NCBI GenBank assembly: GCA_951406725.2
Contig: OX597824.1
Location: forward strand, 97,402,001 to 97,466,000
Origin: Octopus vulgaris
Lineage: Eukaryota
Length of the DNA: 64,000 nt
Reading direction: 5' to 3'
The notes beneath the pieces are model-generated. The model was not told the DNA's origin, searched no databases, and saw only the letters and a list, made by a program, of their open reading frames with translations. Position numbers and translations under genes: made by a program. Positions 1 through 13,240 of this stretch are shown in pieces. How positions within the stretch are numbered: the first letter of the stretch is position 1; every line of letters starts with the position of its first letter.

Positions 1-401
1 ATAGATACATACATACATATATACATATATATAGATATATAGATAGATAGATACATACATATATATATATATATATTCAAGAGCAGAATTAAACAGGCGA
101 TTCGGCTAAATTGTTATGCTATCTCATTCGAAAAATTCTCCAAGGATATGAAATGAAACGGAATGAAATAAAGTAAAAAAAAAACAAAAAGAAAAAAAAT
201 TGAAGCATCGCGAAGCAGGAGATGGAAAATTGTGGAATGTAAGAACGTCTGATATTCTCCCTTATTTTATTTTATTTCGCTTCATGTCATTCCATTCCAG
301 TTCTTTTGGAAAATTTGAAGACTTCCCCTACCTCGATATAAACACAGGAACAACTCTTTCATGTCTTTCGTCTAATCGATTATTATTGTTGTTGTTACTA
401 C

Positions 402-446
<45 letters not shown>

Positions 447-490
447 TACATATATACACTCAGGGTGTGGTGAATATATTGTCGTCTAAG

Positions 491-703
491 GGCGGCGAGC
501 TGGCAGAAACGAAAGCACGCTGGGCGAAATACTTAGTGGTATTTCATGTTTTAACGTTCTGAGTTCAAATTCCGATGAGGTCGACTTTGCCTTTCATCCT
601 TTTGGGATCGATAAATTAAGTACCACTTACGTACTGGGGTCGATTTAATCGACTGGCCCCCTCCCCCAAAATTTCGGGCCTTGTACCTAGAGTAGAAAAG
701 AAT
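491..703 (+). mobile_element. tRNA-derived SINE family A (monomer, tail type B)
   Basis: GGCGGCGAGCTGGCAGAA head, GAGTTCAAATTCC B-box, core GTCGACTTTGCCTTTCATCCTTT.GGG.TCGATAAATTAAGTACCA; about 10 copies in the window. Confidence 0.9.
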
Positions 704-833
704 ATATTTTCTAAATTACGCAAGTCTCTCTGAGACATTTAGAAATATAGTATTTCTAATTTTGTAGATCAGTGAGTTTATTTCACTTGAAATAAAGGTG
801 AATAAGCATCGACAGCTTGCAAGCCAAGCTACT

Positions 834-874
834 CCAGACTGATGAAGAGTAATAACTCTGAAACAAGTCTCTGG
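834..874 (+). ncRNA. Minimal type I hammerhead ribozyme
   Basis: CCAGA-CTGATGA-AGAGT(AATA)ACTCT-GAAA-C(AA)G-TC-TCTGG: stem I CCAGA/TCTGG, canonical core, 5-bp stem II, vestigial stem III, GUC triplet with predicted cut after 869. Confidence 0.8.
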
Positions 875-1589
875 CTACTGGCGTTGCTTGGTGGAGTTGC
901 TTATCCCCCCTGTTTGAAAACTTAAGGACACAGAACGTTTGTGTCACATAGCCAACTGGAAACGGTGTTTTCTGGGGATAAATAACATAGCATTCTTCCC
1001 TTTCCTAGGACTATCACATTAAGTTGGCAACAAACCATCACTTTATCATGCTGCCCCTGTATATGTCTCTCTGAGAGATTTGGAAATGTAATATTTCGAA
1101 AATAACACTGACATCTCATTTTAACAGACTTAGTCACCGAAATTACATAAAACCATCTTGAAATATTAAAGGAGAAATTTCTCTATTAAAATCGCTATTA
1201 GTTTCAACTACGGCCTCCAGACCACTTCGGAATCTCCTGCAACTCTTCTGAACCGTCTCCTTATTTAAGTCGGTGAATGCTGCCATAATCCTTACCTTCA
1301 GTTCATGTCTGGTGTTACAAGGAGATGTGTTGGTCTCTCGCTTCGCTGCGCCCCACACATAATAATCAAGAGGCTTACAGTCTGTGGAGTTAGGTAGCTA
1401 GATGTTAAGGGTGATTTGGACGTAGAAATTGTCAGACAGCCATGATTGGGTTCTATTTGTGCGGCATGGTGCAGAGTCTTCTTGCCAAATACAGGGTCGC
1501 CCAGAAGCCAACCTCTTAACCCAGGACAGCACTACCTCCTCCAGGCCTTTGATGTAGGGCTTCGTATTGAATCTGAGGCTGTGTGAAAC

Positions 1590-1819
1590 CTCACTTTAAA
1601 GGAACAAGATTTGAAGACGTTGAGGAAATCTAAGAGAATGCGACGAGACAGCTGTTCGCTATTCCAAACAAGGAGTTCCAGAAATAGTTCCATCCGTGGA
1701 AACGACGCAGGATAAAGTGTCTGGCTTTAGATGAGGACAAGACGTTAAATATCAAAATTAGAGGTGTCGGAATTTTGATTTTATACAAGCAGTCCCGATG
1801 CGTTTTGATCGGACCTCGT
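1590..1819 (+). mobile_element. Mariner transposon 3' end relic with terminal inverted repeat
   Basis: Translates to FKGTRFEDVEEI*ENATRQLFAIPNKEFQK*FHPWKRRRIKCLALDED, a typical mariner C-terminus, followed by AGTCCCGATGCGTTTTGATCGGACCTCGT resembling a mariner TIR. Confidence 0.75.
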
Positions 1820-2133
1820 GTGTGTTTATGTATGCGTGTATGTGTGTGAGATGGTTCTCCGTCGTTCGGTAATGAGGATTCAGTTCCTTGATCAACTGAA
1901 ATACTTTTTTCCGAATTACAGTATAACTTAAAATAGCACAGGCATTCGTATTCTTCACAAAATTCTCAGGTAGAATTTGTGTCGCAAGGTTCCTTGCCTT
2001 ATAACCAACCAAATGGGATTCTATGCATTGAGCTTATAGAAAATGAATCTTTTACCACAGATGCCGTGTAGTGGGATCGAATCCAGCCAACATAGTCGCG
2101 AAACGAACTGCTTAGGGATAGTACACCTCTAGT

Positions 2134-2512
2134 GGAGGCGCAATGGCCCAGTGGTTAGGACAGCGGACTCGCGGTCGTAGGATCGCGGTTTCGATTCCCA
2201 GACCGGGCATTGTGAGTGTTTATTGAGCGAAAACACCTAAGGCTCCCCGGAGCTCCGGCAGGAGGCGGTTGTAAACCCTGCTGTACTCTTTCACCGCAAC
2301 TTTCTCTCACTCTTTCTTCCTGTTTCTGTTGCGCCTGTATTTCAAAAGGCCAGCCTTGTCACACTCTGTGTCACGCTGAATCTCACCGAGGACTACGTTA
2401 AGTGTACAGGTGTCTGTGGAGTACTCAGCCACTTACACGTTAATTCCACGTGCAGGCTGTTCCGTTGATCGGATCAGCTGGAATCCTCGTCGTCGTAACC
2501 GACAGAGTGCCA
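2134..2512 (+). mobile_element. tRNA-derived SINE family C (full length)
   Basis: A-box TGGCCCAGTGG, B-box GGTTTCGATTCCC. The 3' tail (GGAGTACTCAGCCACTT..CAGGCTGTTCCGTTGATCGGATCA..CTCGTCGTCGTAACCGAC) recurs at ~37990-38089 and ~57665-57756. Confidence 0.85.
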
Positions 2513-3134
2513 CGAATGCACACTTACACCCCCACCCATACAATAATTATATAGAAAAATCGCCAATTCCACCGCCTCTGTTTCCTCTCCCTTCCCCTTC
2601 ATGCGCTTAGTCATTAAAATCTATTGTTTATTGAACTTTATTTTATAATAATATAAACAAAACCCAGTTCTCCACCTTCCGTTTACATGGAACTATTTAT
2701 ATTTTTAGCTGACATAATTAAAATAATAATCCGTTAACTCAATAGTGTAGCAAATTACTTTGAAACTGGAAAAAAAATCTATAACTTTACACTGAACAAA
2801 TTAACTGATTATAATGGACAAATTTAAATTGGAATGGTTCCAAAGATAATAATTCGATTTGAATTGCTAATAAAAACAATTGCAGATTCCATCACCATTG
2901 CCATTCCTGTGCGAAAATAGACTGACAAAGGCGGTAGATTGGCAGAGTAAGAACCAAACGGTATTTATTCGCGCCGTTTTGCTTGTTAAGTTCGACACTC
3001 GACGACGACGGCTTTAATTTGCGTCCCAAGTCCATTAAAACAATAGATACCTATTAGAAACTTCGTTCAATCGACTAAAAATGCGCGTTATTCATCAATA
3101 TGCAATTATTATTATTATTATCATTATTATTATT

Positions 3135-3477
3135 TCTATATAAATAAACGGCAAAATGTCTGTGTGTGTGTCCTTTATACAAATCCACAATTTTTCAGTT
3201 AGAGGGCTCGCACTTTCTATGGTCATTCAAAACCGTCCAAGGGTGGTCCTGCACATCTTTACATTTCTCCAGTTACCCCACAAAGCCATTAAAAAATCAA
3301 TAGAATTGACATTTTATGTGAATTTTCTATCCAAAACCCAATCAAAATGCCCGAAACTTGATACGCCAATTGAATGCCAGCTAGCTGTATGTGATCGGAC
3401 GGAGATTTGGACAGTACTCGCGTGTATGGGCACACGCACGCAGCTGTATATGCATGCAACGCCGGGTCATAGTGCTA

Positions 3478-3478
<1 letters not shown>
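3135..3478 (+). mobile_element. Non-autonomous Helitron-like element inside an (ATT)n tract
   Basis: 5' TCTATATAAATAAA followed by GTCTGTGTGTGTGTC; 3' GCAACGCCGGG...GTGCTAG|T; (ATT)n on both flanks. Confidence 0.7.
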
Positions 3479-3512
<34 letters not shown>

Positions 3513-4859
3513 CTTTGTTGTTGCTGTTGTTTTTGTTATTGTTGTTGTCGTTACCAGTCGAGCGCTTGGTTCGATGTAACGACTTTCTCCTTCTCTAATT
3601 TGCAGAAGGTGAGCCATCATTTGATATCATTCTACTTGTTATCATCAATCCCTCCGGCAACTAAGTTGTATGTCATCCTTCCGGCGAAGTCAGAATTGTA
3701 CATTCACAAATTGAGTTCGATAAATAGCTAATTAATTGTATTGTATTAATTACTAGTAACGATAATTTAATTATTGTACTGTAACCAACTAATTAATGTA
3801 CTAGAACTATTTAGTGTAATAACTAATTAGTTACGTCTACATTAAGTTTCCAATAAATATCATCTCTACCCCACCCTCTTAATTACCCGTCAAACAATTT
3901 GCGATTCGATGAGCGGTGTATGTAAGGGGTCGGCTAACTTCTTTAAAATAACAAACAGGATCCTTCAATTTCCCCCTTAGCAACAACACGCTACTGACAC
4001 AGTGCAAGCTATAGTATTTTTTAAATAAATCAAGAGACGAGAATGTCACGGTGGGAATACCTTTGATAATAGATCTACGGAATCAGGCTTGAGCAGATGC
4101 TGAATAATAATACCAACCGCCAGAACTAAAATAACACCATTTGTATTCAAGTGACGATGTTAGGCATCATTTTAATTAAGAGATACCAACTGACAATTTA
4201 TTTTCCATGTGATACAAAACGTTGATTGAATAATTCGAAGCAGATAAAAGTGCAAAACTGCAGCCTTAGAACCGGTTCCATTAATTCTCCTCTAATTCCT
4301 TCCCTCACTAAATTCCTTTTTTCATTCAACACAACGAATGAAAATATTGCAAAATATCGCATAATGGTGATTCTACCGAGCTTTTTGAATTCGTGAGATT
4401 AATTGCTTGTAGGATTTTTCTGTGGAGTTTCAGAATAGAATATTTCCTGTCAGATGATACCTCAAAAGAGAAAAGAAGGTATTTTGTACTTTTACAGGGA
4501 AAAACCACGACAAAAATAATAATGATAATAATAATAATAATAATAAAAGATAATAATAATAATGATAAAATTAATAATAATAATAATAATAAATAAAATA
4601 AACTAATCACAGCTTTATTTTCATTTCTGTTTCTGGAAGAATGCTAGAATAAGGAAACGAATATAATTCTTGTATTAGGAAATTATTTGACAATTTTCAA
4701 TTTCATTAAAATACATTTGTAATTATAACGTTGTTCTATTCTATGATTTTGTAGAAATGATTAAATCTCGCAATCACACCCGCACACATTCACAGACCTC
4801 TCTCTCTCTCTCTCTCCCTTCTCTCTTTCTAAATGTGTCGGTGTATTTGAAGCTGTGCA

Positions 4860-5047
4860 TCTACTATAATAATACTCTGGTGTTTTTCTCCGTCACTAAA
4901 TATGCATGAGAAAGGAAGGGGCGTGTACAAGGGAAGTATGTGAATGTATGTGAACATTGACAAGTGAATTAATCTGATTTATCATCCATATTTATTTATA
5001 AAATACTACAATTTAGCCGTCATTTTTGACGGCACGGTGCCAGCTAG
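4860..5047 (+). mobile_element. Mini-Helitron
   Basis: A|TCTACTATAAT start, subterminal hairpin GCCGTCA-TTTT-TGACGGC (5016-5033), CTAG|T end; related longer copy starts at 28786. Confidence 0.85.
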
Positions 5048-5096
5048 TATATATATAAAAAGGAATTAAAGGTAATGCTACTTCGTAACTCTTCTT

Positions 5097-5146
<50 letters not shown>

Positions 5147-5589
5147 CTCACATACACACACGCACAAACATTATTTTTGGTTCAGTAGTTGTTAAATATT
5201 TGATGATCATGATGATCATCATGATAACATAATACCAATTGATTGATTTCCCTTTGTTGTAAACCCAAATAAGCTTTGCATAACTACAAAGGAGTTTATA
5301 TTTAGCTGAAAAACAAAAAAAAAAAACAATATAAAAGTCACCAAATTAGAAAAATTAGTTCAAGAAAAGAAAATGTTTAAATGCAATCAAATAATCCACA
5401 TTTCTAAAACCTTTTGTAGCTTTTGTTATTGATTTTAACTCTGACATTCTTCCCCCGCTACGAACCCTCAATAAAATATATTGGTCGAATTTAAAGCCTT
5501 AAAGCTTGTACTAACCCAGCTGCTCTACTCATAAAATCCATTCATTATCGCATTATCTTAAATAAATTAATGTTATTGTAAAAGATGGT

Positions 5590-5887
5590 GAAGGCGCGTG
5601 GCTCAGTGGTTAGAGCGTCGAGATTGTGAGCTCGAATCCCGGACCGGGCTGCGTGTTGTGTTCTTGAGCAAGACACTTTATTTCACGTTGCTCCAGTTTA
5701 CTCAGTTGTAGAAAGCTGTATCGGCCCCTTTGCCTTTCCCTTGGATAACACTGGTGGTGTGGAGAGGGGAGGTCGGTACGAATGGGCGACTGCTGGTCGT
5801 CCATAAACAACCTTGACCGGACTTGTGCCTAGGAGGGTAACTTTCTAGGTGCAATCCCATGGTCAGTCACGACCGAAGGGGGTCTCA
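5590..5887 (+). mobile_element. tRNA-derived SINE family D
   Basis: GGCGCGTGGCTCAGTGGTTAGAGC A-box, GCTCGAATCCC B-box, body GTTGTGTTCTTGAGCAAGACACTTTATTTCAC; second copy at 54324-54649. Confidence 0.85.
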
Positions 5888-6072
5888 CCATTGTAAAATC
5901 ATATTCGAGTAGACTTAATCTATCATCTGGTTCCCGGATGCCTTAAATATAACTCACTTGAAGTCATACGTTAGAAGTCTTCATGTGTTCATCAGTTTAT
6001 CCATTCAAGCTCAAAAGGTTTGAGCTTTCTTTCTATTATACAGACCTGCTTATATACATACATATATGTACG

Positions 6073-6106
<34 letters not shown>

Positions 6107-7226
6107 GTATGTACATGTATGTGTATGCATCATAAACTGTGCAGCAGCATGGACATAGCCGAATTACTAAAGCTAATATAATCAAACGAAAAGATATATA
6201 TACTCGCGCGTGTGTGTGTGTGCAGAGAGGTTTACATGTTGCCCGTTTGTCAAGTAAACTGACATATTTGATACAATGGGTAGAATAGTTTGCTTATGTA
6301 AAAAGGAGTTCTTTCTCTTGGTATTTGTGTTCCACGCCATGGCGATCATCTTACTTCAGGATTTGAGCAGGTTTTACAAACATCGAAGCGAGTTCAGTCT
6401 TTTGTCTTTGGTTACCGTTTTCCCGGTTGATTTCTGACGCTATTTTATTAAGACATTTCCTAATATATGGTTGTCATTGTTTAACTTGTCAATTCGTTGA
6501 TTGTTCTATTTTTTCACTGGTTTGTTTCTGTGTCCGTAATCTGTTTACAGTGATCTCCATCAATACAAACGCGATAGCCACTCACAGAAGAATGATTTCT
6601 CTCCAATATATACAACATTAATACAAATACTCTCAGAAGATAGCTCTCAACTGACGATATCAATGACATCAAAATTGAGTCACGAAAAAAAAAAAAAAAG
6701 AAATTGAAAAAGCAATGTAATATATAAGATACATTGGATAGTCTATTCCAGTTTTGTCAATAAACTATAACGTTTAAATGTACAAACAATCGCCATGAGA
6801 TCCAGCGGTATTTACCAACCGAGAAGTAATTTGAATGTGGAATGTTTCTGCAGTCTGAGCACGGGTTGTAGCGAAATCAACAAGGACATCCTTATCCCAG
6901 GAAGAAAACGATACTTGTAATGTATTAAAAAAGTAATAGATATGGAATAGAATGTCACGAAAAGAAAATCAACGACCACACAAACACACTAGAAGAGTTT
7001 GCTTTCGAAGAAACAATTGCCCAAAATAATATAAAGTCGTAGAAAAATTCAAAACAATTGAACGCAAATCTTTTTGTCATAATAGATTCGTTAGACTCAA
7101 CTTCCAAAACAAAACAAACTCCATCATCAAATTACTCTTCAGAAACACAAAGTTGTATTCAAGAAAGACACCTGCCAAAATCTTGCGAACATCTTTAAAG
7201 AACTCTTTCAAGAAGTAAAGCGCATC

Positions 7227-7291
7227 ACCAATGAAAGAGATGGCTACTAGTTTACCGACCAAACCAATGAAAGAGATGGCTACTAGTTTAC
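7227..7291. repeat. Direct duplication, 29-bp unit, period 36
   Basis: ACCAATGAAAGAGATGGCTACTAGTTTAC at 7227-7255 and 7263-7291. Confidence 0.9.
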
Positions 7292-7526
7292 GGACACAGA
7301 AGAGAATGGATGGTAACTTGCAATCGTACATCACTCTAAATGTTCACTCAACTCCTTAGCAAAACTCGAATTCATATTGATCAATCTGCGAATGTATAAT
7401 TAGAATTAGCGAACAGGTAAATCATAGAAGTCATCGATTGCTACTCCTGAGGTTCTGCTCGCTATAAAACGTGTAATTCGGATTTTATCTACTCCATTCC
7501 GTAACTGATGTATGTATGTATGTTCG

Positions 7527-7574
<48 letters not shown>

Positions 7575-7579
7575 TATGA

Positions 7580-7690
7580 GTTGAAATTTACAGAAAAAGA
7601 AAAGACAAAGACAGGTGTATAAACAACAAACAGGTGTATAAGTTTCATGCTCGGGAAGGTGAGAAAGTATTTTACGTTTCAAGCTTACAA
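7580..7690 (-). repeat. Truncated copy of HHR-associated repeat family (also ~36595-36725 and ~44775-44930)
   Basis: Shares GAAATTTAC.AAAAA..AAAAGAC.AAGACAGGTG..AAACAACAAACA..TGTAT.AGTTT.A.GCTCGGGAAG.TGAGAAAGT.TTTTACGTTTC with the other two copies. Confidence 0.8.
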
Positions 7691-7939
7691 CAGGAGGTAG
7701 CGGTCAAATATATATATATATATGTACATATATATATATATATATACGGTAAATAAAGAGCTGTACAGTATATTTGAATGAAGCTTTACGCACTTCAAAT
7801 AACGTTATTTCGTACAAGATTTAAAGCTGAGGGAATATTTAATTACTATCTATCTAATTATGTATCTATCTAATATATATATATACATGTGTGTATATAA
7901 AAGCATATATATTTGTTGCTCACTATGAACAAACAATTC

Positions 7940-7998
7940 TTATATATATACATATATATATATGTGTGTGTCTGTGTGTGTGTATATATATGTATGTG

Positions 7999-8049
<51 letters not shown>

Positions 8050-8145
8050 GTGTGTGTATATATATGTGTGTATATATGTGTGTGTATATATATGTGTATA
8101 TATATATATGTATATATATATATGTGTATATATATATTATATGTA

Positions 8146-8186
<41 letters not shown>

Positions 8187-8190
8187 TATG
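7940..8190. repeat. Compound (TA)/(TG) microsatellite
   Basis: Directly visible; source of the YI/CV pseudo-ORFs. Confidence 0.95.
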
Positions 8191-9564
8191 TATGTAAGTA
8201 TCAGAACTCATATCTTCAATAATGCTGTCAAGCCTGTTTCCGTTTTCCTTCCTCTGTTTCCGTCGTTTATCTTCATCTCTCTCTCTCTCTCTCTCTCTCT
8301 CCAATGATTTGTCTCGTATTTAGTAATGCGCTGTGATTAACCTTTGTAGCATTGAAAAAGTCTGTTGTGTTTCCATAATATAACCTCGTAATCTTGAACG
8401 CAATCGAGAAACACTCTTGGGAAATATCTCCAGTTCCACTATTCTTCACCTCTGCTATATTACACCCGCTGCAGAATCTTCACCAATGGAACGCCAAACG
8501 AATCATAATAAACATTACTAATGTAATAAGACAGCAATTAGATGTCAGTAATTTAATATTCTACTTTACATTATTGATTTCCTTCGTCCACATAAGGATA
8601 GACTTGTCGCAAGACACTGATTTCCAATGCTGTTGAGAACATCCAAACGAAGTTGATCCCGCAGTTTGCCAATGATTTATTCACAGTTGACAATTGAATA
8701 TAAACTCGGATGATCTCATCACTGGTGTCACTGTCTATCTGCGTTCGTCTGGCTAAACTTTAGAGACAACGAAATCAGTTCGTTTGTTTGCAATTATTAC
8801 AATACAGAGACAGTCACAAGAGTAGGTTTGTATTGTACTGCAGTGCAAATTATACACACCGAAAGTTGTTTAGTACGTAACTAGCAAATTTCCAGCAGAC
8901 GAATCTATAAGCGCGTCGCTCAATACTTGACCAATTCTGGAGAAAGGATCGAAATGACCGGTCTCCCCCGCCTCCCCATCCCCCAAACTCTAATGACAGT
9001 CACCTTTATCTCGAGGGCGGGGGAGATACAGAGAAAGAGACGGTCTGCGAAAATTCAAACCATTTATTTCGTTGGTACATTATTTATTGATCCGGGAAAG
9101 ACAGGTGGCAAAATTGAGCTCGAGAACCAGTACAAAATAGCGCATGGAAGACGTGCTTTGTGCACGACACTTCTTGTTTTCTTTCTTTTGTGTGTAAATA
9201 TTATTTGTTTATGGGGTGATTGTTTCAAGAGTGTCATGTGTATTCGAACAATGTCGAAGCTTTACTTTTTGATGATGATGATGATGACCTATATTAAATC
9301 AGTTTGGAAATTAGGCCTCAAAGTCTTTTCTGATAGGAAGGCAGTTTCGTGATTCCAAGTTGAATTTCCCTGCAGATGTCCAACTGACCAGCGTATACAT
9401 TAGGTCACACTTTCCGTTTTATTAATAAGTCATGTTAAACAAAATTCGTTGTTAGTATTAGATGTTTGCAACGAATATAGAAGTTGTTCAAACTCGATAT
9501 ACAGCTATCTTTATTGTTTCTTTAATTTCTGGAGAAGTAACATCAATCTAATTATTATTATTAT

Positions 9565-9740
9565 TATAGTTTCTTTTTAAAGCTCTTTCGTCACACATCC
9601 TGTTACCTCTTCAACGCCTCTATCCCACGTTTTTCCTTTTATTTTGCTTGTTCTATTTTGTGAGATAAAGTATCACTGAAGAGGTCACAGGATGTGTAAC
9701 GAAAGAGTTTTGACAAAAAAAAGTAAAATAAAAATAATAA
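9565..9740. mobile_element. Inverted-repeat element with HHR-like motif in each arm (family shared with 13075-13240)
   Basis: CTTTCGTCACACATCCTGTTACCTCTTCA (left) is the reverse complement of TGAAGAGGTCACAGGATGTGTAACGAAAG (right); motif CTGAAGA-G-GTCACA(GGATG)TGTGAC-GAAA. Confidence 0.7.
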
Positions 9741-11159
9741 AACTGAAGACCAAATATTCAGCACGTGTGTTTAATTGGTAAAATACGACCGTCCCCAAGC
9801 ATAGCAATATCTATTTTAACGCATGACTCCACAGCAAGTATCTTGAGAAACAAATACTTAAACGCTGAAAATAGCTATTAGTTGAAAATATATATGGAAT
9901 CCACTGCCCAGTTTAGGTCATGTGGGGGCTTCAACTTGCCAACAGCTCTTGGGGAAGCACTCACGTGACTTGAACTGGATAATTCAGGCCTAAATATTTC
10001 CTCTTAGAAACCATTTCAAAATTCACTTGGAAATTTTCTCAAGCCCGCCTCTGTCAAGGAATGTGGAGTTCAAGGGAACTGTTAATGTATACATATATGT
10101 AAATATATATATATATATATATATCAGTACATATATACATATATATACACACACATATATGTTTACACACACAAATATATACATATGTGTATGTGTGTAG
10201 GCGTATGTATGTGCATACTGATGAGAGTATTAGAGACACAGAAGTATAGGAGAAAGCCAGTAGATAGATAGATAGATGAAGAGAGAGAGAGAGAGAGAGA
10301 GATACCCTGCTAATTTCAGAATGATCTTTAAAAGGTTAGTATTTAGTAATTTCCCCGAGGAAGCTTTTGACATTATTCCTGCGCATTGTTACCGACACAA
10401 ACAACTGACTTCTGTCGTTAAAGTTTTATAGATTTCGCTGTGTCCATTAGTTCGCACTCTCAATATCACCTCAATAAATCACGGTTGATGTAATTTATCA
10501 AAATCAGAGTGATTATCTTTATTAAAGAAACTGAAAAACACAGCATTGAATAATGAAATGGAGCCGAGGAGATTATCTCTTCTCAGTCTCTGATCATATT
10601 TGGCCAAGTGAGAGCGAAGATTGTAGTCTGCGCCTGTTATGTTGAAATAAGAATAAAAGATGATCTAAAGAGAGCGAATTTATGTTACTATTCGTTATTG
10701 ATTGTTAACCGCAGTTCAACCCTGATTAGACCTGCAGGTCTATGGTCATAAGCGTTCTAATTATGGTCATCTTGCCTTGCATCTTGATTTTTGTTGAATT
10801 TCATTCACAATAGATGTAGCGGAATTATATCAATGATGAGGGAGCAGTTGGCGCGATGAAGATTTTGATGCCAAATAATTCATCTATATATGAAGTTAAT
10901 GGTTTGGGGGCTTTTGAAAGTCTAATAAGAGGTATGTATGAAAATGATTTCGTTGGTATTTGACGTAGATCATGCCACGAAACAGAGGCGCCTTCTTTAG
11001 TTTTGCTCGTATGTGCGTAATTATGGCATCTACTGGCAGTATTCCAAGAAGCAGACAACGGGACAGAAAGCAATGAAAATAAAAATGAAAGAGTTAAAGG
11101 CTAAGTGAGGAGTGTGTTCAGCAAATAGATTTGAAGAGAAGGAACATCAGAATTAAACA

Positions 11160-11441
11160 GCGAGCTGGCAGATACGTTAGGACGCCGGGCGAAATGCTTA
11201 GCGGTGTTTCGTCTACTGTTACGTTCTGAGTTCAAATTCCACCGAGGTCGACTTTGCCTTTCATCCTTTCGGGGTCGATTAAATAAGTATCAGTTACGCA
11301 CTGGGGTCGATATAATCGACTTAATCCGTTTGTCTGTCCTTGTTTGTCCTCTGTGTGTTTAGCCCCTAGTGGGTAGTAAAGAAATAGGTATTTCGTCTGT
11401 ATTTATGTTCTGAGTTCAAATTCCGCCGAGGTCGACTTTGC

Positions 11442-11446
<5 letters not shown>
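11160..11446 (+). mobile_element. SINE family A, tandem dimer (second unit truncated)
   Basis: Full first unit, then AAGAAATAG|GTATTTCGTCTG..GAGTTCAAATTCCGCCGAGGTCGACTTTGCCTTTC running into (CA)n. Confidence 0.9.
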
Positions 11447-11512
<66 letters not shown>

Positions 11513-11792
11513 AATTCGCCTTAAATGGTCCCTTTGCATACTGAACACTTGGTGAAATTGATTAATAATTAATTAATTTTACCCTCAATTGTTGAAATAT
11601 ATATATATATATATACACATATCAGATACGGGTTGAGTGTCGTTAAGCAGCTGGAAAAGATGTTTCCCTGGGCTTAATATCCAATAACTTAGTTCTCTAT
11701 GGAACAGCCACTCAGAAGTGGCAACAAGCGTTACTGCATAATATCGTTACTATTTGTATCTCTTTAAACATCTTACAACACACCACTTTGCT

Positions 11793-11883
<91 letters not shown>

Positions 11884-12045
11884 TATACACGTTTCTGCAT
11901 TTCTTTTGCAAAACTCCTGATGAGAAATCGTACGTTGGAACAGACACTGTTACATTTTGTGACGGTCATATTCTTTGCCAATTAACCACACGCATTATAT
12001 ACTTGGTCTTCACTTCAGCTTAATTATTATTGCTGTTGTAGAGCT

Positions 12046-12446
12046 GGTGGAGAGCTGGCAGAAACGTTAGCACGCCGGGCGAAATGCTTAGCGGTATTTC
12101 GTCTGCCGCTACGTTCTGAGTTCAAATTCCACCGAGGTCGACTTTGCCTTTCATCCTTTCGGAGTCGATAAATTAAGTACCAATTGTGTACTGGAGTCGA
12201 TATAATCGACTTAATCCGTTTGTCTGTCTTTGTTTGTCCCCTTTATGTTTAGCCCCTTGTGGGCAGTTAAGAAATATATATTTCGTCCGCCGATATGTTC
12301 AGTGTTTAAATTTCGCCGAGGTCAACTTGGCCTTTCATCCTTTGGAGGTCGAGAAATTAAGTACTAATTGAGTACTGGGGTCGGTGTAATCAACTATTCC
12401 CCTTCCTCCGAATTTCGAGCCTTGTGCCTATAGTACATAGGGTTAT
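12046..12446 (+). mobile_element. SINE family A, tandem dimer (tail A then tail B)
   Basis: Two successive B-box plus core units. Confidence 0.9.
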
Positions 12447-12462
12447 TGTTGTTGTTATTATT

Positions 12463-13012
12463 ATTGAGAGAGCAGTGCTTACCATCAAAGTGACACTGGG
12501 GTAAAATATACGAAGCCCAGTATACCCATCATGATATCCGTGTGATAAGGGTACACCAGATACATGCATCAGAAACATATGTGCGCGATATGGTGATCTC
12601 ATATCAAGATAAACAGCGCATGACCTCGCAGGTGGGGCCCAGTTAGAACTTTCTTCAGGTTGAGTAGCCCATCCCGCTCAAAACATCTCTTGGTAAGGGT
12701 TGTTTAAGGATGTTGAACAAAACACCCATGTTAAAATGTGAATTATTCAAACCCCAAAGAATTACTCTCAACCCATGGGTATGATGCTCCCCCACTACTT
12801 CCGCTCGTGATCAGAGATGCACATATTGTCAGCCACTAAGAGACATGCTCAAACAGGTCAAACAAGTGACAAGCAAATCTGTGGTATTGAGCAGAATATT
12901 TGCTGTAGCCCATCTTTTATACCAAGACAAAACAATGTACATGATAACACTTCCAATCAGTTAAGATCAGGAGCCATGAGAGCCACTGCTTGGTACTGCA
13001 TCAGGGCATTTA
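12463..13012. repeat. Probable unclassified interspersed element within an (ATT)n tract
   Basis: Higher-GC block bounded on both sides by (ATT/GTT)n runs; single copy in this window, no coding signature seen. Confidence 0.35.
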
Positions 13013-13074
13013 TTACTATTATCATTATTATTATTATTATTATTGTTATTATTATTATTAGAGTGTCTTTGCCT

Positions 13075-13240
13075 GAAAATCCTTCATTACACACCCCATG
13101 ACCTCTTCAGCGACTCCCCATCCCACGTGTTTCCTTCTGTCCTGTTTAGTCTAGAACAAAATTTACGTGAGATGGAGAGTTGCTGAAGAGGTCACAGGAT
13201 GTGTCACGAAACATCTCCAGACAATGGACATAAAATAAGA
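13075..13240. mobile_element. Inverted-repeat element with HHR-like motif in each arm
   Basis: ACACCCCATGACCTCTTCAGCGACTCCCCATCCCAC pairs with GTGAGATGGAGAGTTGCTGAAGAGGTCACAGGATGTGT; downstream flank also resembles 9740-9840. Confidence 0.7.

Larger units (their letters stand above)
471..1587 (-). mobile_element. Decayed Tc1/mariner DD37D (maT-like) transposon, 3' part, interrupted by a SINE and an HHR-bearing insert
   Basis: Minus-strand 1585->1143 translates to ...YIKGLEEVVLSWVKRLASGRPCIWQEDSAPCRTNRTQSWLSDNF..I*LPNSTDCKPLDYYVWGAAKRETNTSPCNTRHELKVRIMAAFTDLNKETVQKSCRRFRSGLEAVVE, matching the QQDSAPxH and WPPNSPDxNPLDY motifs with a stop in place of W. The CAGGGTGTGGTGAATA at ~471 is a plausible terminal repeat; that left boundary is less certain. 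Confidence 0.8.

Noticed and set aside
2134-2210. tRNA-like sequences at SINE heads (also 5590, 23338, 37821)
   Set aside because: A/B boxes are present but continue into repeat bodies without a proper acceptor stem or terminator; SINE heads, not tRNA genes.
6800-7480. Possible decayed retroelement ORF (KVVFKKDTCQNLANIFK-like stretch)
   Set aside because: Only vague resemblance to PLE linker regions; no diagnostic motif.
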